From an uncultured candidate division Zixibacteria bacterium (lineage in GTDB: Bacteria; Zixibacteria; MSB-5A5; GN15; FEB-12): 64,000 nucleotides of DNA. Below, piece by piece: positions 1 through 8,843 of the stretch. Numbering within the stretch: the first letter of the stretch is position 1; each line of letters opens with the position of its first letter. A program made the position numbers and the translations under genes. The notes under the pieces are model-generated. The model saw only the letters and a list, made by a program, of their open reading frames with translations. It searched no databases and had not been told where the DNA came from. The stretch is taken from positions 416,001 through 480,000 of the forward strand of contig CAWDXE010000004.1 of the NCBI GenBank assembly GCA_963806185.1. Direction: 5' to 3'.

Positions 1-27
1 CGTCGTAGTCACAAATCGGTCACGCAG

Positions 28-1671
28 CTATTTCTTTGCCAACTGATCGTCGTTGGTTCTTCCGATAGTTCCAGCCATCTGATCCAGTCTCGCCTCCATC
101 TTTTCAAGCCGCGCCTTCAACTCAACATTCTCCTCGCTAACTTTCGCAAGCTCCGCTGTCCGCTTTTCGAGTGCCTGGACAGCGATCATCAGGATCCCTG
201 CTTCGTCCCCGGAATTGATGGTGACAGAGTCACCGACTTGACCCATGGAGTCATGGCCGAACGCGGCAAAGAACTCCTGCGCCATCGGGCCGTAGTGGCG
301 GAATGTGGTCGGATCGTTGTTCTTGTAGTTCCAGCTGGTGATGCCGAAATTGCTGATCTTGCGAAGAACCTCCTCGCCGTCTACCGCACGGAAGTTCTCT
401 TTCTGGTTGCGGTCGGACGTGAAGGTATAAGCGACCTGGCCTTCGATTTTGGTGACGCTAGTGTTTCCGATTCGAACTTTGTTGCTGGCATTTACACTCG
501 CCCCATAGCCAATAACAGTGGCATTGGTCAGTCCATCTGACGCAACATTGGCGGCAAATCCAATTGCTGTGTTATATGAGCCAGAAATATTGCCGTATAG
601 CGCAAGGGCTCCGTAGCCGGTATTACCGGTGCCGCCCACGTTTGCTATGAGCGCGGAAGCACCGCAGGCGGTGTTGGACGAACTAGTGTTGTTCTGAAGT
701 GAACCATCTCCAAGGGCACTGTTGCGGCCACCGTTGACGTTGCTATGGAGCGCATGGTTCCCGATGCCAGTATTGCCGCTACCGACAGTATTGTTCAGGA
801 GTGCTTGGAAACCGACGGCCGTGTTGCTGCCACCGTTGTTGTAGAGCAATGCCTGAAAGCCGACGGCCGAATTGTTGAGGCCATTGGTGTTGGAAAAGAG
901 TGTTTGGAAGCCACAGGCGGTATTGCTGTCACCCACCGTGTTGCTGTAGAGGGCGTCCTTTCCAAAAGCGGCGTTGTACTTACCGGTCGTGTTGTTGAGA
1001 AGGGCATTGTGGCCGCTGGCGGTGTTTCCATTACCGGTGATGTTGGAAGAAAGGGCGTTGAATCCGGTGCTGGTGTTCCAATTTCCGCTTGTGTTCAGAT
1101 GCTGGGCGTTTACTCCTGTCATAGTGTTCTCAGTACCGCTCATCGTCAGGTTCCCGGCATTCAGACCAATTGCGGTATTACCAGAACCGAAATTCTGAAC
1201 GAACGGAACCCCCCCCTTCAGAATATTTCCTGTCGTTGCGGTCGAATTGTCCAGGTTCAGATTGCCCGTGACGCTGCCGCCGGTGGTTCCGTCGATCGTG
1301 CTCACCCGGTTTGCATACGGCACCGTGACGAGGCGGGTACGCGGAGTCAGCTCCGGGTCGGCCCCAACTCTTACTCCCAGATAGCGCGTTGTACCGTTGA
1401 AAACGGTATCCTTGACGGGAGTCACGGTTCCAAGCAGGACAGCAAAGAGGCCGTCGGAGGTGGTTACCGACTGTGTCTCCGTCCATTTGCCGGCGCCGCC
1501 CGAGGGCGCGTCGTAAATGGTGAATGTAACTGAGTAGGTGGCATTGGGCACTGCTGTGCCGCCGGCATTGGTCAGGCGCCCCTGATAGTTGATGAGTTGT
1601 GGTGTGGCGGCGTAGACACTAGAAACGCACAACACCACGGCAACGCAAAGGGCCTTCGCGAAATAGTTCAT
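28..1671 (-). CDS. Secreted fibre-like protein: signal peptide, PQLINYQGRL-type N-terminal domain, ~13 NTAxGxxALxxNxxG repeats, C-terminal peptidase S74 intramolecular chaperone and coiled coil
   Basis: Hydrophobic N-terminus ending VYA-A; 16-17 aa repeats; SDRNQKEN...HYGPMAQE motif typical of S74 chaperones. Confidence 0.8.
   Translation of the reverse strand: MNYFAKALCVAVVLCVSSVYAATPQLINYQGRLTNAGGTAVPNATYSVTFTIYDAPSGGAGKWTETQSVTTSDGLFAVLLGTVTPVKDTVFNGTTRYLGVRVGADPELTPRTRLVTVPYANRVSTIDGTTGGSVTGNLNLDNSTATTGNILKGGVPFVQNFGSGNTAIGLNAGNLTMSGTENTMTGVNAQHLNTSGNWNTSTGFNALSSNITGNGNTASGHNALLNNTTGKYNAAFGKDALYSNTVGDSNTACGFQTLFSNTNGLNNSAVGFQALLYNNGGSNTAVGFQALLNNTVGSGNTGIGNHALHSNVNGGRNSALGDGSLQNNTSSSNTACGASALIANVGGTGNTGYGALALYGNISGSYNTAIGFAANVASDGLTNATVIGYGASVNASNKVRIGNTSVTKIEGQVAYTFTSDRNQKENFRAVDGEEVLRKISNFGITSWNYKNNDPTTFRHYGPMAQEFFAAFGHDSMGQVGDSVTINSGDEAGILMIAVQALEKRTAELAKVSEENVELKARLEKMEARLDQMAGTIGRTNDDQLAKK
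546..1180 (-). repeat. Intragenic tandem 16-17 aa repeats (beta-helix/beta-roll type)
   Basis: 13 units read in the translation (NTAIG, NTMTG, NTSTG, NTASG, NAAFG, NTACG, NSAVG, NTAVG, NTGIG, NSALG, NTACG, NTGYG, NTAIG); boundaries approximate. Confidence 0.75.
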
Positions 1672-1902
1672 TGACCCGAACCTCTACAGCAAAAAGTTGT
1701 TCGCTTTTCGAAGGAAATGGACTATGAGTATCGATGTGCTCTACAATATAAGCGATTTGTTCAGGATTCCAACGTCAAAGGGGCGAGGTACTGGCGGGCC
1801 GGTGTGCGATCACTCAGGGCCGGTTCCAGTGTATGGCCAAGACTTTGGCAACAAAGCGCTTGAGCCGAATTGTAGTGGTGGGCGCCCGGGACTATTAGTC
1901 TC

Positions 1903-1931
1903 TTGCACCCTTCTCCAAATGAGTGTAACTT
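1903..1931 (+). promoter_or_regulatory. sigma70-like promoter of tRNA-Leu
   Basis: TTGCAC-N17-TAACTT about 19 nt upstream of the tRNA. Confidence 0.5.
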
Positions 1932-1949
1932 ATTGACTTGTCTGTCATT

Positions 1950-2035
1950 GCCGGAGTGGTGGAATTGGTAGACACCAGGGACTTAAAATCCCTTGTTCCG
2001 AGAGGGACGTACCGGTTCGAGTCCGGTCTCCGGCA
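1950..2035 (+). tRNA. tRNA-Leu (anticodon TAA), CCA not encoded
   Basis: Acceptor stem GCCGGAG/CTCCGGC+A; D-arm TGGTGGAATTGGTAGACAC; anticodon stem AGGGA-CTTAAAA-TCCCT; long variable arm; T-loop GGTTCGAGTCC. Confidence 0.95.
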
Positions 2036-2055
2036 CTTATTTCGACTAAAATGAA

Positions 2056-2084
2056 AAGCCCCGCCTCAACGGAGACGGGGCTTC
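2056..2084. terminator. Probable bidirectional intrinsic terminator
   Basis: AAAGCCCCGCCTC-AACG-GAGACGGGGCTTC hairpin between the convergent tRNA and cytochrome gene. Confidence 0.7.
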
Positions 2085-2102
2085 TTCAACACTAGACGAT
2101 TC

Positions 2103-3173
2103 CTAATCCTTCTTCAGAGCCGCAAGTTGCGTCGCCGGCGGAGCTCCTGCTCCGTTGGGATCACCAGTCGTGATGTAGTTCAAGGCTGATTTGAGCAAGC
2201 CCAGAGCATATTCGGTGTTATGAATCCCTTCCGAACGATCTTCCTTGATGAACATGTAATTATAAACCGCGCCCGTTGAGTCGCGGTGCTTCACGATCTT
2301 GTCCGCCTTCGGAGCGTAGGTCGAGTCGAGCAAATCGGCCGCCAGAAGCGCCTCACCCAGAGCATCAAAATACGTATTGGTGGAGTCCTGAGCGTATTCG
2401 AAATTCAGGTCCTCAACCTCACCGGCATGACACAGTGGCTTATTGCAGCCAGACAGATTCTGTTCTTCGCCTTCAAACGTCTCCTCAGCCATCCGCCAGG
2501 TGTGACCGCCCACGGCGTTACCAAGAGACGGAGACATGTGGCAGTCTACGCAGCCGTCAGCCGCGACATTGCTGTGCGCCGAATTGCTGTAGGTGTAATC
2601 GGCATACTCATAGCCGCCGGTGCCTTCAAGCATATCGCCCGGGTTGCTGTGGTGCGGCCCGAAACGGGAGCTCAGCTTGACGCTGTCGGCGACATAGGTG
2701 TTGACATTGCGGCGACTGTGATGGCAGTTGGCGCAGAGATTGCCCATGCCATGATCGAACACAACGCCGTTTTCAAGTGTGTATGGTGCCACAGTGCGCA
2801 GGGCCAGAGTACCGGTTGTGTGCGGAGCGTGGCAGGTGAAGCAGCCAATGCCGGAATAGTGACTAGAGTCAGTGCCGGTGCCGGCAAGGTAGGCCAGAAA
2901 TCCTTCACCCGTATGGCAACGTTCGCAGGAGCGGTCGCCAGCCAAAGAGTTAATGATCGCCGTCTCACCAATACCGTGTTTTGACGTCGCCCACTGGGCC
3001 TGAGCGGCTGACATCGTCAGATCGTTGTCCCCATGACACGTCATACACTGGTCGGCACCGGTGAAATCGGTGGTGTTGTCGACGATTTCATTCGTCACTT
3101 TGCGTTCGCAGCCGCCGCCGGCGATCAGCGCCAGCAGGGCCACAAGCACGAAAATGAAAGTTAGGTATCTCAT
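2103..3173 (-). CDS. Lipoprotein multiheme c-type cytochrome (5 CxxCH plus 1 CX4CH) with NrfA/HAO-like helical C-terminus
   Basis: Lipobox-like LIAGGG-C; CMTCH, CERCH, CFTCH, CANCH, CVDCH, CNKPLCH; C-terminal DRSEGIHNTEYA. Confidence 0.85.
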   Translation of the reverse strand: MRYLTFIFVLVALLALIAGGGCERKVTNEIVDNTTDFTGADQCMTCHGDNDLTMSAAQAQWATSKHGIGETAIINSLAGDRSCERCHTGEGFLAYLAGTGTDSSHYSGIGCFTCHAPHTTGTLALRTVAPYTLENGVVFDHGMGNLCANCHHSRRNVNTYVADSVKLSSRFGPHHSNPGDMLEGTGGYEYADYTYSNSAHSNVAADGCVDCHMSPSLGNAVGGHTWRMAEETFEGEEQNLSGCNKPLCHAGEVEDLNFEYAQDSTNTYFDALGEALLAADLLDSTYAPKADKIVKHRDSTGAVYNYMFIKEDRSEGIHNTEYALGLLKSALNYITTGDPNGAGAPPATQLAALKKD

Positions 3174-3183
3174 CAGTCTCTCC

Positions 3184-4755
3184 TTAGAACTGTATGTCCT
3201 TAATCAAATTTACTTCTACGATATTGCCCGTGTAATACTGATCGGTGAAATGGAAGTCGTCGAAATTGTAAACGTTGTACCGAACCTCAAGATGATGCTC
3301 CGGCCGAAACGTCCACACGGCGCCGAAATCCAGATTCGACTTCTCGATATCGTTGTCGCGGCGACTGCGATAGTAGGAAGCGCCAAAATCTAGCGTCACC
3401 GGACCGATCGCCCGGGGATATACGTGACCGCTGAGCATGTGGTCCTGGAATTCGTAGCTGATCTGGTCGGAACGATTCTCGAACTTGCCCACGTAGTAGG
3501 TGTATGAGGCTTCCAGGCGTCCCCACTCACTGCGTACCAGGCCGAGTGTGCCCGAAAGAGCGTCGTAATCGACCTTGCTCGTCAGGTCCTTGTTCTCGCG
3601 CGTCCGGCTGATCCAACGGGCCGTCAGATCGCCCCAGCGGGCATCGCGGTACTGCGCCATGACGCGGTGACGGTTGTCGTCCTGTTGGCCGGCGAAAGCC
3701 GACCCTTCATCGTTTTCGCGATTGCGTGTCGTGATGCGAGCAGTCAGGAGGAGACGTTCGGTCGGTCTGAGCCAACCGTCGGCCAGATACCCAGTAGAGG
3801 TCGTCTTGTCGACATAATTGTCAGCCAGGTAGTTCTCATAGCCGACCCGAAGTCCGCCGACGCGCGCGAAGTTCTTACCGATCGAGATCGTATTGAGAAT
3901 GTGATCGGCCGAACGATCGCGGTAGACGTGGTCGAGCATGCCCCAGAGGAAGCGGTAATCGACGGTGATCTCCGGCTTCAGATAGAGCTTGGCGCCGGCC
4001 CACGACTGTTTGGTCTTCAGTTCGCTCTCGGGATCGCGGTAGTCGGTCTGGTCCTTGCGATAGCTGTAGCCGGCCGACAGGAGCAGATTCCGATAGCGGG
4101 GAAGAGGGGCTGAGCCGGTTAGCGTAAACTGATCAGCCTTGCGATCGGCGTCGGCCGTCGATTTGTCGTTGAAGCCGAAATGGCGATAGTCGGCACGCAG
4201 TGTCCCATAGTTACAGAAGGCGGCGGCACCAACCGAAAAGTTGCTGTGGGAATAGTCCGTACTTCTAACGACTGTGTCTTCGGCCGACGGCAGGACATTG
4301 TAATCAGTGCCGTGCTTGGCGGTCGTGCCAAAACCTCCGAAGACTTCTACGTACTTCACCGGCCGGATAGTGGCATTAACGGTCGTCGTGCGACGACGGG
4401 TGAAGTTGTTGCCGTTATAGTCATAGATTCGGCGATATTGATTATTGGTGACATTCAAGCCGAACAGGCCGGGTTTGTGGAAACCGGCCCGCAGATTGCG
4501 GTTATTCAGGGTGATATTGCGCAGGTCGGCGTCGACCGCCATGCCGTTATCCAACTGATAACGCCAGTCGACCAGCGAGATTCCCACACCTTCGTAGAAA
4601 TTAAACGTTTCCTGGTTTACACCGAGATTGCCCTCTTCGTCGGCCCAGTGGTACCCGACCGACACGCCTCCAGCGCCGGAGGCCGCCAATGCGACACCGG
4701 AAGAAGCCACCACGGCCGCCAGGAGTGCAATCACGATAAGATAGTAGCGTTTCAT
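3184..4755 (-). CDS. Outer-membrane beta-barrel, MtrB/PioB-like
   Basis: Start re-called at ATG 4755 (GAGGAGG RBS); signal peptide; alternating aromatic beta-strand pattern; C-terminal Phe; lies directly downstream of the decaheme gene. Confidence 0.8.
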   Translation of the reverse strand: MKRYYLIVIALLAAVVASSGVALAASGAGGVSVGYHWADEEGNLGVNQETFNFYEGVGISLVDWRYQLDNGMAVDADLRNITLNNRNLRAGFHKPGLFGLNVTNNQYRRIYDYNGNNFTRRRTTTVNATIRPVKYVEVFGGFGTTAKHGTDYNVLPSAEDTVVRSTDYSHSNFSVGAAAFCNYGTLRADYRHFGFNDKSTADADRKADQFTLTGSAPLPRYRNLLLSAGYSYRKDQTDYRDPESELKTKQSWAGAKLYLKPEITVDYRFLWGMLDHVYRDRSADHILNTISIGKNFARVGGLRVGYENYLADNYVDKTTSTGYLADGWLRPTERLLLTARITTRNRENDEGSAFAGQQDDNRHRVMAQYRDARWGDLTARWISRTRENKDLTSKVDYDALSGTLGLVRSEWGRLEASYTYYVGKFENRSDQISYEFQDHMLSGHVYPRAIGPVTLDFGASYYRSRRDNDIEKSNLDFGAVWTFRPEHHLEVRYNVYNFDDFHFTDQYYTGNIVEVNLIKDIQF

Positions 4756-4765
4756 GATTTCCTCC

Positions 4766-5689
4766 TCACTGTACACCGTGGCACCAGCAACTGCTGCCAA
4801 ACCGAGCCGAGAGGTTCGGATCGAGCAGGTTGCCGCTTGTGAATGATCCATGCACGTCCGTGTGACAGGTCATGCAATCCATATTCGCATACTGGCCGCT
4901 GTGGGCGGTCTGATGGGTCGGCACCACATGACACTGGCGACAAACCAGATTTTCCGGCTGGCGAAGCAGATGATCGTTCGCGCTACCGTGAGGCGTGTGG
5001 CATTCCACGCAACCGTCACCGTCCACCGAATGTGAGCTCATCGGACCGTGCTCGTACAGGAACGGTCCAGCCACCTGCGGATGGCAGCTCTGGCAAACCC
5101 GGTTGAGACCAAGCTCGACCGGGAGATCGTTTCTCCGGGCAAACTGGTGGCAGGACAAGCAGGTCATTGCGCCCTGGAGGACCGGATGGTTGGTCGCTTT
5201 GTGGAAATCGGCCCGTGTCGTCTCGTGACACGGCATGCAGAATTCGGCCCGGTCGTCCAGCAGCAGGTCCTTGTGACCGCCGTGGACCTTGTGGCACGAA
5301 TTGCAGTTGAGTCTTAATGATGTGTGCGGGTCGAACCCAAAGTCGTCCATCTCCCGATGATTGACGTGGCAGGTACCGCACAGCGTGCTCACGGAATCGT
5401 TGGGCAGGCGCCCGGGATTTCCGATGTTCTCCGCTGAGGGATCCTCCACGTGCACGGCCGCGTTGCTGTGGCAACTGCGGCAGGCTACGGTTGTGGCTGG
5501 ACTTTTCATCTGAGAGCTCAACCGATGAGCCGTAGCGGTCAGTGTCGAGTCCAGACCTGAGTGACACCCTATACAGGTTTCATCATCAGGCCCGGCCATA
5601 GCCGGCGCCTCCTGCGCCAACACTGGCAACCCGAACACACAGACCAGACCACAGATGATCAGAAGTAGTCGTAGGCCCCGTGAATTCAT
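4766..5689 (-). CDS. Periplasmic decaheme cytochrome c, DmsE/MtrA/MtoA family
   Basis: Signal peptide; 10 CxxCH motifs; GPFLYEHGP, CHTPHGS and CHTDVHGS motifs typical of MtrA/DmsE; extra C-terminal CWCH. Confidence 0.9.
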   Translation of the reverse strand: MNSRGLRLLLIICGLVCVFGLPVLAQEAPAMAGPDDETCIGCHSGLDSTLTATAHRLSSQMKSPATTVACRSCHSNAAVHVEDPSAENIGNPGRLPNDSVSTLCGTCHVNHREMDDFGFDPHTSLRLNCNSCHKVHGGHKDLLLDDRAEFCMPCHETTRADFHKATNHPVLQGAMTCLSCHQFARRNDLPVELGLNRVCQSCHPQVAGPFLYEHGPMSSHSVDGDGCVECHTPHGSANDHLLRQPENLVCRQCHVVPTHQTAHSGQYANMDCMTCHTDVHGSFTSGNLLDPNLSARFGSSCWCHGVQ

Positions 5690-5705
5690 TCCTTACCTCG
5701 TTATG

Positions 5706-5733
5706 GACAATATAATTGTCATATCTTTGTCAT
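5706..5733. promoter_or_regulatory. Putative transcription-factor site(s) upstream of the cytochrome operon
   Basis: Direct repeat TTGTCAT-ATCT-TTGTCAT (5716-5733) overlapping inverted repeat GACAAT-ATA-ATTGTC (5706-5720). Confidence 0.45.
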
Positions 5734-6001
5734 TTCTCTCTTGTCTATATCGTAATCAGGATCAAATCTCTACATAAAAAAAGAGATTTTTTTCACAAAT
5801 TCAGTCCGCTATTACGGTACGAAATAGTATCGATCGCGTAGAGAGTTAATATGTTGCGATGCAACCAATAAGCGCAATGACGTAGATTGAAATACTCCAC
5901 GCTTCATGTCAATCATCGACTAGCGGATTACCACTAAATAGGGCGGACAGGGATACGAACCAACAATCTATGGAGGGCGGCACCAGGCAGCAATGAACCG
6001 T

Positions 6002-7360
6002 TCAATCAAAGATCTTTCCGGGGTTCAGGATGTTGGCAGGATCAAACTGACGTTTGATTCCACGCATCAGAGCGACCGATTCACCATGTTCGGCCGCAAA
6101 CAGATCCTTGTGGCCAAGCCCGATACCATGTTCGCCGGAAATGGTGCCGTCAACTTCTATCGTTTTTCTGATGATTTCATTATTAGCGGCCATGGTCTTT
6201 TCCCACGATGCTGGGTCGTTCGGGTCGGCCAACATGAGGGCGTGCAGGATTCCCAACCCGACGTGACCGAAGGTAAACATTGGAATCTTCTGGCGATCAC
6301 CCAATTCATGGCAGAAGGCAACCATTTCGGGAAGTTTCGAAATGGGGAAAGCTACGTCGTTGCGAACAATTACCCAGCCGGCGCGGGCATGTTTGATGGC
6401 ATCGGTCGCCCAGTGCCTGATTTCCCAGGGTTTCTGTCCTTCGGCAAGCTGGATGGCCGAAGCTCCTCGCTCGTTGCAGATTTCGTCCGCCAGAGCGCCA
6501 TTCGAATCGAGCACGGGCTTTGGCCCGTGGAATTCGAGAAAGAGGGACGGTGCTTCGCGAAGGCCATATCCCTTCAACTGATTGAGGGCCGCCATCAAAT
6601 TGCGATCGAGAAACTCAATCGCGGCTATGTCAATACCGTAGCGCCGAATTTCGGAGACCGCCTGAGCGGCTGACAATTCAGTCGGAAAGACGTAGGCTGT
6701 TTGGAGGCGATCTTCCGGGAGCCCGGCGAGTCGCATCGTGATTGACGTTATAATTGCGAGGGTTCCTTCAGAGCCGGAGACGAGATCGATGAGATTGTAG
6801 CCGGAGGATCGTTTGACCGCCCGATTGCCGAGGCGAATCTTGTCGCCTGTACCTGTCACGACCTCCAGCGACAACACGTATTCGCGCGTACCGCCATACT
6901 TGACCGAATAGATACCGCTGGCATTGGTAGAGACCATGCCGCCGATCGTAGCGACGTCGCCTGATCCTCCCGGAGAAGGCGGGAAGAACAGGCCGTCACG
7001 CTTAAGCTGCGCATTGAGGTTATCGTAAATGATTCCGGGTTCCACTTGAATCTGGAGATCCTCAGGCCAGTAATTGAGAATCTTAGTCATGCGCGACAGG
7101 TCGAGCACAATTCCGCCCGGAACTGGAATGGTCGAGCCTTCCAGAGCGCTTCCGGCGCCCCGGGCAGTGATGGGGATTCGATTCTCGCCGCAGTAGCGAA
7201 TTATGCGCTGGACCTCGTCTGCACTCTGCACCCAGACTACCGCAACCGGCAGGACAGCCGCGAGAGTCGATTCGTCGTGCGAGGCTACAGCCAATTGATC
7301 GGCCTGAGCTGATACTTGATTGGCAGGAACGATTGACCGCAATTGCTCTACTAGACCCAT
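6002..7360 (-). CDS. FAD-linked oxidase/dehydrogenase, GlcD/D-lactate dehydrogenase family
   Basis: ARGAGSALEG, TIGGMVSTNASG, SEGTLAII, SGEHGIG, DPANILNPGK; start re-called at ATG 7360. Confidence 0.9.
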   Translation of the reverse strand: MGLVEQLRSIVPANQVSAQADQLAVASHDESTLAAVLPVAVVWVQSADEVQRIIRYCGENRIPITARGAGSALEGSTIPVPGGIVLDLSRMTKILNYWPEDLQIQVEPGIIYDNLNAQLKRDGLFFPPSPGGSGDVATIGGMVSTNASGIYSVKYGGTREYVLSLEVVTGTGDKIRLGNRAVKRSSGYNLIDLVSGSEGTLAIITSITMRLAGLPEDRLQTAYVFPTELSAAQAVSEIRRYGIDIAAIEFLDRNLMAALNQLKGYGLREAPSLFLEFHGPKPVLDSNGALADEICNERGASAIQLAEGQKPWEIRHWATDAIKHARAGWVIVRNDVAFPISKLPEMVAFCHELGDRQKIPMFTFGHVGLGILHALMLADPNDPASWEKTMAANNEIIRKTIEVDGTISGEHGIGLGHKDLFAAEHGESVALMRGIKRQFDPANILNPGKIFD

Positions 7361-7379
7361 GTCCGCCGATCCCCGGTAG

Positions 7380-8705
7380 TTAAGCGTATAGTCCGCGAAG
7401 TTCAGCCGCTTTGGCGACGCGTTCGATGGCCACGATGAAGGCCGCCGTGCGCATCGGCACTTTGTACTTCTGAGACGTTTCAAGCACGGTGGCGAATGAC
7501 GTTTCCATCATCCGCTGCAAATCCTCCATGACCCGCTCGGCCGTCCAGTAGTAGCCCATTCGATTCTGTACCCACTCCAGATAGGAAACGCCCACGCCGC
7601 CCGCATTGCAGAGTATATCCGGAATGATGAAAGTCCCTTTCTTGTCGAGTATGTCATCAGCCTCGGGTGTGCACGGACCGTTGGCGCACTCGGCTATAAG
7701 TCGTGCCTTAATCCTTGCCGCGTTGTCTTTTGTTATCTGATTCTCGAGCGCGGCCGGGATGAGAATATCAACTGGCAGTTCCAGCAGTTTCATCGGGTCA
7801 TCGAGCTTCTGGACGTCGGCGCTCTTCTCAAAGCCCTTCAAAGTGCGATTCTTCTGGATGTGCGTGATGGCTTCTGTGGGATCAATCCCTTTCGGATTAT
7901 AGAAGGCACCGTCGATATCTGAGATCGCTTGAATGGTACACCCCTCCTCGTGAAGGAGGACGGCCGAAAACGATCCGGCGTTGCCGAATCCCTGGACGGC
8001 GACGCTGGCATTGGCCAGGTTCATCTTGAGATGGGCAGCTGCCCGGATGACGCAGAACACCATGCCTTGGGCCGTAGCCGAACCGCGACCAGCTGACCCG
8101 CCCAGCTCCAACGGCTTGCCCGTGACCACCGCCGGGATATAGTCCCCGCCGTGATGCATAGAATAGGTGTCCATAAACCAGGCCATGATCTGGGGGTTCG
8201 TGTTGACGTCGGGAGCCGGGATATCGCGATCCGGCCCGAACAGGTCATTTAGTTCAGCGAAATATCGGCGCGACAAGCGTTCGAGTTCTGCGGTCGATAA
8301 CTTGCTCGGGTCGACGACGATCCCTCCTTTGCCGCCGCCCATAGGTATGCCGATGGTGGCGCACTTGAACGTCATCCAGAAAGCCAGCGCCTTCACTTCG
8401 TCCAGCGTTACCTGCGGATGAAAGCGCACGCCTCCCTTCGCCGGTCCCCGCGCCACACTATGCTGCACGCGCAGTCCGTGGAAGACTTGAATTCGGCCGT
8501 CGTCCATTCTCACTGGCAGCTTTACCATTGTCACTCGGCGGGGCTGGCGGATCAATGCGAGTTGGTCGTCGGACAGCTTGATGAATTTGGCGGCGCGATC
8601 GAACTGGGCGAGTGCATTATCGAATGCGGAGACATTAGCGCTCAGGTGTGACGTCGTGGTGGCGTGAGCACCGTTCATGCGTTGGTCGGGATTGGGCCGA
8701 GGCAT
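7380..8705 (-). CDS. gdhA: Glu/Leu/Phe/Val dehydrogenase, probably glutamate dehydrogenase
   Basis: RGPAKGGVRF, GGGKGG, DIPAPD, VTGKP, QGFGNAG, NAGGVGVSYLEWVQN; alternative start at 8678. Confidence 0.9.
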   Translation of the reverse strand: MPRPNPDQRMNGAHATTTSHLSANVSAFDNALAQFDRAAKFIKLSDDQLALIRQPRRVTMVKLPVRMDDGRIQVFHGLRVQHSVARGPAKGGVRFHPQVTLDEVKALAFWMTFKCATIGIPMGGGKGGIVVDPSKLSTAELERLSRRYFAELNDLFGPDRDIPAPDVNTNPQIMAWFMDTYSMHHGGDYIPAVVTGKPLELGGSAGRGSATAQGMVFCVIRAAAHLKMNLANASVAVQGFGNAGSFSAVLLHEEGCTIQAISDIDGAFYNPKGIDPTEAITHIQKNRTLKGFEKSADVQKLDDPMKLLELPVDILIPAALENQITKDNAARIKARLIAECANGPCTPEADDILDKKGTFIIPDILCNAGGVGVSYLEWVQNRMGYYWTAERVMEDLQRMMETSFATVLETSQKYKVPMRTAAFIVAIERVAKAAELRGLYA

Positions 8706-8779
8706 TGCTTCTGTCCTTTCGTCACTATTTCAAAACACATCTATCCTGATTCGGGCAACCGAATCAATCGGTCGGCCAA

Positions 8780-8808
8780 GAAGATATGCAATTGGCGGGT
8801 GACAGGCA
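8780..8808 (-). promoter_or_regulatory. sigma70-like promoter of gdhA
   Basis: TTGCCT-N17-TATCTT; the same hexamer pair occurs upstream of the M29 gene. Confidence 0.55.
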
Positions 8809-8843
8809 AAGAAGATTGTTGGGCAGCGGATCGAATCGGACGT

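Noticed and set aside
28..1671. Prophage remnant
   Set aside because: The gene has a signal peptide and no other phage genes are visible; the left flank is outside the window
5781..5798. Full Rex operator
   Set aside because: Only one half-site matches (the other is 3/7), so it is not called as a feature
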